Origin: Tetramitus jugosus
Lineage: Eukaryota; Protista; Heterolobosea
Direction: 5' to 3'
DNA: 64,000 nt
Assembly (NCBI GenBank): GCA_937625935.1
Contig: OW569350.1
Span: 496,001 to 560,000, forward strand
Within the stretch, counting starts at the first letter, position 1. Each line of letters starts with the position of its first letter. The position numbers and the translations under genes were made by a program. A model generated the notes under the pieces. That model was not told the origin of the DNA, searched no databases, and saw only the letters and a list, made by a program, of their open reading frames with translations. Below, in pieces: positions 54,516-63,392 of the stretch.

Positions 54516-57500
54516 TTATGTCAGTTCAAAGCCTTCTGTGTTCTCGATGGCCTGCAACAACTTTTCACGCATCACCTTCAAATTAGTGTAAGCTGGTAAC
54601 TTCAAAAGATTGACACATGTGGAAGATGTGGGTAATCGGTCGAGTCCTTCCTGTGGTGGTGTGGGTCGAATTGCAATCTTTTGGTCTAAGTCTTGAAAAC
54701 CGAGGAGTGGCGGTCTGGGACTGCTTGTAATAAACTTCAACAATTGCCGCTTCTGAGTTGCATTCATGCTCTCCACCACCTTCCAAAACAGTTGGATTGT
54801 TATGTGTCCGTCATAGAATGGCTCACCATAAACTGTATGCTTTCTCATATCATCGACTGAAAATACATCTCCAGATTCTTCATCTCCACAAATCAGCTTG
54901 TACAACTCGTTCTCATCAAACATTTGAAGCCAAGATTTGTTAATAATCATTGACAATCCCCTCTGGAATGCTTCACTCTGTCTCTTGATCTGCGTATTCA
55001 GTTTAAAGTATGCCATTCTATGGATATACAGATGTTTGTTCTGATTCGTAACTGGAATATTTGCACCATCCTTAATCAAGTTAATGGTTCGACTCTGTCC
55101 GAACTCATCAACAGAAACAGTGAAATTGAGTGACAAATCTTCTGCATCGCCAGAATAATTCTTCAAAAACATCAAATTCTTGTGTAACTCTCTATCTAGC
55201 GATTTCAAGTCATTCAAGTAGTTTGTTTTGCCGAGCAGTTTTGAAAGGAAAAATCTGGCAAAAGGAACATCAACCAAGATCTTTTCATACAGTGCTTTGC
55301 CCGTGATCAAACCCAAAAATTTGAAATGGTCCTCATCATTATTATTGACTAGAGCACTGTTTGGATTGGGATATATGGTCCCATCTTGAGTAAATAGGAA
55401 CAATCCATAGTTTGCTGAAAAAGCAACTTGAGATAGCTGAATGATAAATTCTTTGAACACACCCTGTCCAATACCTGCCTCTAAATGGCCGTCTTCTGAA
55501 ATAAATTGAACTCGTATATCATTCTTTAACTCAACTCCCATATGATTCAACTGACTATAACCATCTTCAAATATGTAATCTCTTCGTACGTTGACTGGTC
55601 GTAGCCAATTCATCCCGTGCATTTCTCTGTCTCGCTCGATGAAGTGATGAAAGACCTTGACTCTTTTGGCAAATGGAATTACATATGGTATCTCATGTAG
55701 TATATTCCAAACTCGTTGATCATCAGAGTTGGTATTTGTTGAGGAAACAGGACGATTCTCCATTGCGCTTCTGAGCGCTTGTGCTCGCTGTACTCGTAGA
55801 GGTCGATACACAATCTCCTCCTCCTCATCGATCTCCATTGGATCTTCACTGCCCATATACTGCGTGGTCAAAGTTGAAAAATCAATATGCACAGTCGAGG
55901 GCATCAAAAAATGTTCATCTCCACAGAACTTTGTTCTCGAATTTCTGCTGTGGATATGAGTGAGTAGTTGAGTTAAAACCTTTCGTAGGGCCTTATCTGA
56001 ACATCCATTCCAGTGCATATCGAAAACAAGATCCTTCAACTGACCAGAAAGTGATATCTAATCTTGTCTTGATAATGGTTTCTCATTGGCGATAAACTCT
56101 TCATCGTCTTGAATAACCAACAATGAATGGTAACAAGTTGCAAATATGTACAACACCTTGTTCAAATTTCCTGATAGTAATTTTCCAGCCGTCCACGATT
56201 GTTTGTTTTCAGATAAATAACGCCAAGACGAAGCGATAAAGTCAGTCCGATAGGCCAGATTATTAATAATATCCACTTTTCTATCCTCATTTCCGATTAA
56301 CACCCAGTACACAGAACATATCTCTTGAAAATGTGCAGATGCGTCTTTCAGTTCAACATGTTTCACATTATCAAATATTCCATTGATCTGAACACTTAAC
56401 TGCTCATCGGCAGACTTTGTCAGCACATTGTTAAAATGAATATACTCTATCACTTTATCATTGCTCATAAGACAAGCAAGAGCTTTAAAATACATGACCG
56501 AAATAGGAGGTGTTCTTGCCAATGATACAATATTGCCAATAATATAAAGTTGGAATGGAAGTGTTGACCTTTCTGCATCTCTCGCCAAAATATCATCCGA
56601 AACTATCAGCTTGTTCGCCATCTCGTTGCTCAAATCGAAAATTGTATCAAAAATCTTGGGATTCGAAGAGAGCCGAGCAATCGACTTTACACGATCAACA
56701 ACTAGCGGAATAGATAAAATATACATGCAAAAATAGGTACCAATATCACGAGCACGTGATATGAGAGTTCTGTCCAATAACAAGGCCGAAATCGGGAGTA
56801 ACTTTGTGTTGTCATTCATTGCAAATATCAACAATTGTCTCAAAATGGGAAACAATTGTGGCATGATGCTCTGGCACACAGAGCAATGAAGTTGTTCCGA
56901 CACGAACAGCGATGGATCCAAAAACATTGTTACTGCCTGAATGAGCAACAATACATTCACATCATTGAAACAATTTTGACTCTGTTGTGCGTAGATGGCA
57001 CGCACAGTCATCAAGCAAAACTTCAAATACTTTTTCACTTGGTAAGAGTTTGCATTGCTTTGTGCATCTTTGTTACCAATTTCGTTCATAAAAACACTGG
57101 TGGCATTTGTTGCGAGAGAAGCCTGATTTCTCAACAACAACCTTGTCATAATGGTCAATCTTTTCAAATCATCTTCATTCTCTTGGTGAGGAGCCCTTGT
57201 GCCATACGTACGATACGAGAATAGGAAGAGTCTCATGAGCTTGGAGCATGTTTCCTTGTTTAGCTTTGCACCTTTCAGAAGCTGATCAAACGCTTTTCCT
57301 TGTTTACTTTGTTCCTGCAACTTGAGAGCGATCCTTCTCCACCATTTCTATACATACATGATTGGATTTTATCAACAGAAAATTGGATTTCATACATTTG
57401 ACATTTGTTAGTGATCGCTTCTCATTTGTGAATTATAAAATGAAAAATTGACAATCAATACCTGAATAAAAATGGCGCTTGATTCTTGCTTCTTTTGAAG

Positions 57501-57620
57501 CTGATGCTTTTCACGCTCTTCTCTTGCTTTTTTCACTAAATCTTCACGAGAAGCTGTTTGTTGACTCGATCCTCGAAGAGTGACTCGTTTCTTTGACGAT
57601 CCTGAAAAGCTAAAGTCCAT
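54516..57620 (-). CDS. UBE3C/UBE3B-like IQ-HECT E3 ligase; exon 1 57462-57620, intron 57348-57461, exon 2 54516-57347 with one in-frame TAG at 56058-56060
   Basis: MDFSFSGSSKKRVTLRG...AREEREK...AIFIQ|KWWR (IQ motif across the splice); IPYVIPFAKRV; GIGQGVFKEF; LLKFITSSPRPPLLGF; RLPTSSTCVNLLKLP...GFELT. Confidence 0.88.
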
Positions 57621-57830
57621 GATGGTGAATGAATTGATTCCGACGACTACCTTACAAAAATTTTGATCTGAGCTTGTTTTTTTGTTGCGAACAAATTTTT
57701 TTGTTGTTTGAAGCTGTGCGAACAAATTCGGCAAGCAAGAAGAGCTCTCCATTTCACATTGGAAATTCCGCGAATTCGATACCGAAAAAGCGCTCTTTCC
57801 TTTGTAGATTGAAGGGGAGCCAAAAAGGCG

Positions 57831-58067
57831 ATGAACCAAACTGAGAAGAAATGTCAGATTATCGTTTCGAACTACAATGGTAATGTTCATTTTATTTCGA
57901 GTAAGTGTGGTGACTCAAAGGTACCATTGATTCGTTAGATTTTTTCTCTTTCAGCCACACAGCAACCTCACAATTTTCAGCTCGAGGCCAGAGAGAGAAC
58001 CGTCCGACTCGGAAGTTCCTTTTCGGACGTGCTTGTCAAATTTCATTCCAAGAAATCTTCTTCCTAG
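57831..58067 (+). CDS. Putative spliced 60-aa micro-protein; exon 1 57831-57900, intron 57901-57954, exon 2 57955-58067
   Basis: A consensus GTAAGT...polypyrimidine-CAG intron whose removal gives the open frame MNQTEKKCQIIVSNYNGNVHFISTTQQPHNFQLEARERTVRLGSSFSDVLVKFHSKKSSS*. Confidence 0.4.
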
Positions 58068-58963
58068 TTCAGCAATTCTTTTATGCTAACAGATTGTCTT
58101 GTGCTACCCCTTGAGTCTGCCTCATTCGTGTTGTTAGCACGGCTACTTTTCATGCTAGCTCCCGTCGTCCCTGTCGATGAAGCCCCATAGTGACAAGACA
58201 TGAAAGCCGAAGCTCTTTCCAACTCATCGAACATTTGTTGGTAAACGTCGATGAGGGGTGTCGTCATCGAAGTCGTAGTGATCGTACGACTTGAAACCAC
58301 AGCTTCTGAGCTCGTTTGGGAGTACGAGGATGGTGTTGACGCTGTTTGTCGATGAGACGTGGTGGTGAACTTTTCTTCACTGTTAGTTGAAGAGTTTTGT
58401 TTGTTGTTTTTGTTCTCTTGAGTCCTATTGAGAGGGGAGTAGACAGGTGGTGTTGTAGGACTCGGGGTAGTGTTACATGGAGGAGAGTTGATGTATCGAC
58501 TCGTCATTGGGCTATGATGATTGTTGTTGTTTTGGTTGTTATAGCTGTTGTTGTACAGCCTTTGGTTGATCATTTTGTTGTTCTTCCTGATCATGTTGTT
58601 GTTTGTGGATTGGTGTGGACTCCGAACTGACGTGTTGGGTTGCCATTGTTGCTGTTGCTGTTCTTCTGTTGGTGCATTATTGTTGTAGTTGTTGCTGTTG
58701 TTGGAAGGAGAAGTACTTGTTGAGGTTGTTCTGAGAGACCAGTGAGAAGCAAATCCAATGCCAACTTGTCTCTGGTCAATGACATGAGGAGTCATGTGGT
58801 TAGGACTCCGGCCAGATGAAATCTCTCTCTTGGTCACAGGATCGAACTGCACAGTTTCAAAGCTCCATTCCTGACCGTTTGGCTGTTTGGAGGACATTGA
58901 GGGCCTTCTAGAATTGCTGGTGGAGAACTGGAAGTAATTCTTGATATTCACGTCCGTGGTCAT
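58064..58963 (-). CDS. Low-complexity N/Q/S/T-rich 299-aa protein ending in SVSIKELLN
   Basis: ATG-initiated ORF with host-style microsatellite coding and a short hydrophobic C-terminal motif. Confidence 0.75.
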   Translation of the reverse strand: MTTDVNIKNYFQFSTSNSRRPSMSSKQPNGQEWSFETVQFDPVTKREISSGRSPNHMTPHVIDQRQVGIGFASHWSLRTTSTSTSPSNNSNNYNNNAPTEEQQQQQWQPNTSVRSPHQSTNNNMIRKNNKMINQRLYNNSYNNQNNNNHHSPMTSRYINSPPCNTTPSPTTPPVYSPLNRTQENKNNKQNSSTNSEEKFTTTSHRQTASTPSSYSQTSSEAVVSSRTITTTSMTTPLIDVYQQMFDELERASAFMSCHYGASSTGTTGASMKSSRANNTNEADSRGSTRQSVSIKELLN

Positions 58964-59247
58964 ATTGTCTTTGGGTTTGGGTTTGGGATTGTTTTTTATT
59001 TGAGAGGAAAGTTGCTGTTACTGGCACTCTATTGTTGGTGAGAATTTGTCGTTGGGTCTCTTCGTCTTCTTCGTTCTGAGACTTGAATAAGACTTGAATA
59101 GTAAGTTGGATAAGATCTCAATCGAGGAAAAACGATACCTCCCAAAATTCATAAAAGGAATGAGCCCAAGAAAGGGCGTAACTTTGTTTCGCCCGTCCAA
59201 TACCATTAGGAATCCTTTAAAATTGTCACAGTTCCATTCTTGAGAAC

Positions 59248-61176
59248 TTATACCCATATTAGACTCGAGTTGTCAATGTAGAACAAAATTCGGACAGAGG
59301 TGTCACCACAAGTTTTCACAAATGATTGTAGTTGACGAATTGCGTCATCTGTTGGGCGCAGTCCCGATCTTCTCAAGCCATCAATACTTGTGACGCAGTT
59401 GCCATGAAGCAGGTGAATCTTGAGAATGGAGGGTGCGTCTGGTGGGGAGGAAGATTGATCAAACTGAAAGAATTTGTGCTGTTCCAACTTTGGGATCACG
59501 AGATTCGAGGAGACCCATTGATAGGTAACGGGGCATAACAATTCGGATGGGTGATACTCTGCCTTGTATCTCATCTTGGCACAACTATGAATGTAGTATC
59601 CGAGATAGTAATATTTGAAACCTGGAAACTTTTGAGATACAGTCCGTATCAGATCGAGTTCATACAGAGCAGAATATACACCCAAGCTCAAATAGGCATA
59701 GTCTGGGTCATAGAAAAAGTAGACAGAGGACAGACCCTTCTCCAACACGTCCACAACACTCACGCCAATCAGTTGGTCATCCACCCAGTATTGAATGTGA
59801 TAACTTCCATAGCCACACAGAGGCATGTCCTTGTTGAGTCCCTCATTGGTCTCTTGAGATTCAAGCGAGCTTTCGCAGAGGAATCTTGTGTATCCTTTCT
59901 CTGTTTTCTCCTGCGGATCATCCCCGTGAACTGCCACCTGATACCTTACATACAAGTTATACTCAATTGTTCGAAATTTCGAGCTGACAATCTTTGTTCT
60001 CAACTTCCTTGTTGACTTCACTGTTTTCTTACTTTTGGGTACGGTTGATGTTGATGCCGAAGATGAAGCAGTGGGATCATGATTGTCGATTGCAGCAATC
60101 GAATAAACTTCAATATTGACAAATCCGTTCAATGCATACAACTTTGCGCCTTGAATCAAACGATTGTTGTTCAACAGTTCACGCACATCCAGCTTTGACA
60201 CGATCAAGTCGGCCAAATTCTGCGCTGATTTCATATCTACACTCTTTTTGTTCTTTTTTGCATGACCCATGAGCACAACTGCTAAATTACACGAGAATAA
60301 ACAACTATGGTTGTTCGTTTGCCCAACAATGACAACTGATTCCTCTTGCTTCTTATTCTGATTGGCATTATTCTTCTTTCCTGTTGTTTCTCTAAATCGT
60401 ACCAAATCATCATTCGCTGTAGAATAGAAGCACAATAAATCATTCAGAGCACCACCACTGTCAGACTGGACCAACTGCTTCATCACGCGCTTCAACTCAT
60501 TTGACAAATTCGCTTCAATAAGTTGAGTTCTTGTCATTTTATGCGTCGCAGCAACTTGGTGCGTGTCATGTCGATCCATATCATGATCCTCATCATCCAT
60601 CATTGCTTCATCCTCATCATCACTATCATTTTCAGTACTTTTGCTACTCGTATCATAATCACTATCATCATCGCTCATATCATGCTGCTCTTTCTCATTC
60701 AATTGATCATCATCATTATCCACAATTGCATCATGATGATCCACAATCATTGAATCTTCATTCTTCCTACGACTGGAAATCAATGTCGGTACAATTCTTC
60801 TTCTAGAGCTCTTTTTTTGCTTCTTTTTTTTTTCTTCATCATCTCCACCATCATGACTGTAGTTTTGACCGTTGAGCCAATTTTGCATCTTGCGCCAAAC
60901 TTTTTCTTGTCGCTTCGATCGCACAAAATCATGCGAGTTGCAACGAATGGCATACTGAGGACAACAAATCTTGTCATTCACAGGTTGATAGTACCACGAT
61001 CCACACCTTCTCCAATTCTTGTCCAATAGCTCTTGGTAGACACCAACTGATGCATGAAAGAGATACATGCCATTGCATGTGCGTGTGGGTGATTCGGTAA
61101 GGTTGTGTTTATTGTCGCAATAGCCACAACGACTCGAGTATTCGCCTTGATAGTCAGCGACTGGGTAATGAGACAT
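59248..61176 (-). CDS. ATE1: Arginyl-tRNA--protein transferase
   Basis: SRCGYC, YQELLDKNWRRCGSWYYQP...CCPQYAIR, YVRYQVAVHGD, YTRFLCESSL, GYGSYHIQY, LSSVYFFYDPDYAYLSLGVYSALYE, YYLGYYIHSCAKMRYKAEYHPSELLCP. ATG at 61176. Confidence 0.95.
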   Translation of the reverse strand: MSHYPVADYQGEYSSRCGYCDNKHNLTESPTRTCNGMYLFHASVGVYQELLDKNWRRCGSWYYQPVNDKICCPQYAIRCNSHDFVRSKRQEKVWRKMQNWLNGQNYSHDGGDDEEKKKKQKKSSRRRIVPTLISSRRKNEDSMIVDHHDAIVDNDDDQLNEKEQHDMSDDDSDYDTSSKSTENDSDDEDEAMMDDEDHDMDRHDTHQVAATHKMTRTQLIEANLSNELKRVMKQLVQSDSGGALNDLLCFYSTANDDLVRFRETTGKKNNANQNKKQEESVVIVGQTNNHSCLFSCNLAVVLMGHAKKNKKSVDMKSAQNLADLIVSKLDVRELLNNNRLIQGAKLYALNGFVNIEVYSIAAIDNHDPTASSSASTSTVPKSKKTVKSTRKLRTKIVSSKFRTIEYNLYVRYQVAVHGDDPQEKTEKGYTRFLCESSLESQETNEGLNKDMPLCGYGSYHIQYWVDDQLIGVSVVDVLEKGLSSVYFFYDPDYAYLSLGVYSALYELDLIRTVSQKFPGFKYYYLGYYIHSCAKMRYKAEYHPSELLCPVTYQWVSSNLVIPKLEQHKFFQFDQSSSPPDAPSILKIHLLHGNCVTSIDGLRRSGLRPTDDAIRQLQSFVKTCGDTSVRILFYIDNSSLIWV

Positions 61177-61552
61177 TTTTTTGTTGCCACGTGATTTTCT
61201 GATCTTGGTGTTTCCGGAAAAATGTGTTTCATCTCTCTTCACAACAGAATGGATAAATACCTGTTGTGCAGTGCCTTGATGCAGACACGTTTGGTTGAGT
61301 CGACGACTCCTTCAATCCTTTTCTCTTCCTCTTTTCCCATCAGACCTTCAAGAAGCCCCTCTGCCGATCTTTTGACGTTTCATGGTTCGATCTCCCCTCC
61401 CACATAAATTGCATCGTCGAACCATAGAGCCACCTTGGCAGTGTGGTGGTTTCATCCTGTTCAGTTTGTTTTTAGTTAATCTGCCACTTTACTTTGGCAT
61501 GATCGCACTCAACTCGATCAACAAATAGTAGTTAGTCGGAGTATTACTAACA

Positions 61553-61623
61553 TCGGTCATGGTATAGGGGTAGCATTCCAGACTGTCACTCTGGCGACCC
61601 GGGTTCGATTCCCGGTGATCGAG
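61553..61623 (+). tRNA. trnD-GUC: tRNA-Asp (GTC)
   Basis: TCGGTCA/TGATCGA acceptor stem, G73, anticodon arm CCAGA CT GTC AC TCTGG, T arm CCGGG TTCGATT CCCGG, followed by TTTT. Confidence 0.96.
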
Positions 61624-61804
61624 ACGTTTTGCGGTTCAAGACACTCCGTTTCTTATTCGGAGTTATTCCCGTTGAGAGCCAAAGCAAATTCTTTTTTGGA
61701 CTCTGCACCCCCACCAAAAAGAACACACATTCAAATTCAAACAACAAAACGAATTGGAGCTCTTTGTGTGAATCCCTTGAGAAAACAACAAAAAAAGAAG
61801 TATT

Positions 61805-63340
61805 ATGAGCCAACACAAACACAAACATGACCACAATGGCAAGTGCAGTGGTCATCACCATCACGATGACCATGACCACAATCACTCCCCGAGTGCATCA
61901 CAGGAGACTACTATTACTCTCAGTGAACAAGTTGCTGTTGATAGCACTCACAATCACCACCTTGAAGAAGTGTCATTGGATGTGAATAATAAAATGGATG
62001 AGAATGGATCGTTGATGATGGAAGACGAAGATGAAGATGAATCCTTTTTGCCAAGTCGTGCTGCTTTTACTCGTGCAGAAAAGTCAAACATGATTAAGCT
62101 TTCAATCATGATTGCTATGGTGATTGTTTTGTTCCTTGCTGAGATTATTGTGGGTTATATTGGAAAGTCATTGGCTCTCATTTCTGATTCGTTCCATATG
62201 CTGAGCGATGGCGTGTCTTTGGTTGTCGGTTTAGCAGCAATTATCGTACGTGTTTCTGTTTCGCGCCCAATTATTTTGGCGCTCATTTATTTTTTGTGTA
62301 TCTGTGTACAGTTTTTTGGGTTGGTTGTTGGCCGCAGCAGCTTTGCTAACAAGCATTTTACTTTTTTCATACAACAACAGATTTCAAAGAAGAAGGCAAC
62401 ATCCTCGTTGTCCTATGGCTATGGTCGTGCTGAGCTCTTGGGAGGTCTCATCAATGGTGTCTTTCTGATCAGTGTCGTCTTCTTTATTTACCTCGAAGCC
62501 ATTCAAAGGTTCTTTGAGCCTCAGAAAATTGAAAATCCACTCTTGGTGTTGATTGTTGGTGCATTGGGTATGGCAGTCAACATCATTGGTATGATCATGT
62601 TCTGTGGTCACGCTCACCATCATCATGGTCATGATCACGACCACGGACACGGTCATGGTCACTCCCACGACCATCACGAGCACAATCACGATCACCACGA
62701 CCATGATCATGACCACGATCACGAACAAGGTCACAATCACAGTCACAATCATAGCCATGTTAACTTTAACATGCTCGGCGTGTTTTTGCACGTGTTTGGT
62801 GATTTCTTGGGATCGATTGGTGTGGTTGTCACTGCCGGATTATTGCTCATCTTCAATGTGGACAAGCACAAATGGTTGCTCTACGTGGATCCAGCCATCA
62901 GTGCCATTTTGGCCACCATTATCCTGTTTAGTTCTATTCCGTTGGTAACAAACTGTGCAAAGATTCTGTTGCAAAGAGTACCAAAGAACATTGCTATCCG
63001 TAATCTGAAGACTGAGATTCGTGCTGTTGAGGGAGTACACGATGTCCACGATTTACACATTTGGCAATTTGTCAGCTCAAAGGTCATCTCTTCCATGCAC
63101 GTCAAGGTGTATACAACCAGAGATTTCTATGCCATTGCATCCGATATTCAAGCCATTATGCACAGATATGGTGTGCATTCCACCACAATTCAACCAGAGG
63201 CGATAGTTGAAGGAAAGAGATCCTCATGCGAATTGATTTGCACCGAGAGTTGCTATGAGAATATGTGTTGTCCACCACAGCAAAAGACTGGACCTACCAC
63301 AAGAGCTCAACTTACACTCACTGCCCACCACGAACATTAA
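61805..63340 (+). CDS. CDF/ZnT (SLC30A1-like) zinc transporter; probable intron 62246-62380
   Basis: SLALISDSFHMLSD, SYGYGRAELLGGLING, His-rich loop, NMLGVFLHVFGDFLGS, VHDLHIWQ, HSTTIQPE. Intron GTACGT...GCTAAC...CAG. Confidence 0.93.
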   Translation: MSQHKHKHDHNGKCSGHHHHDDHDHNHSPSASQETTITLSEQVAVDSTHNHHLEEVSLDVNNKMDENGSLMMEDEDEDESFLPSRAAFTRAEKSNMIKLSIMIAMVIVLFLAEIIVGYIGKSLALISDSFHMLSDGVSLVVGLAAIIVRVSVSRPIILALIYFLCICVQFFGLVVGRSSFANKHFTFFIQQQISKKKATSSLSYGYGRAELLGGLINGVFLISVVFFIYLEAIQRFFEPQKIENPLLVLIVGALGMAVNIIGMIMFCGHAHHHHGHDHDHGHGHGHSHDHHEHNHDHHDHDHDHDHEQGHNHSHNHSHVNFNMLGVFLHVFGDFLGSIGVVVTAGLLLIFNVDKHKWLLYVDPAISAILATIILFSSIPLVTNCAKILLQRVPKNIAIRNLKTEIRAVEGVHDVHDLHIWQFVSSKVISSMHVKVYTTRDFYAIASDIQAIMHRYGVHSTTIQPEAIVEGKRSSCELICTESCYENMCCPPQQKTGPTTRAQLTLTAHHEH

Positions 63341-63392
63341 CTCTTGACACCCGAATAAAGTTGTACAAAGATCCTTTCTATTTATTGTATGA

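Noticed and set aside
5511-61176. N-degron pathway cluster (UBR E3 and ATE1 in one window)
   Set aside because: They are about 48 kb and over 20 unrelated genes apart, which is compatible with chance.
62610-62760. Tandem CAY-GAY repeats resembling an array
   Set aside because: They encode the normal His-rich loop of ZnT transporters. No CRISPR-like repeat-spacer structure was seen anywhere in the window.
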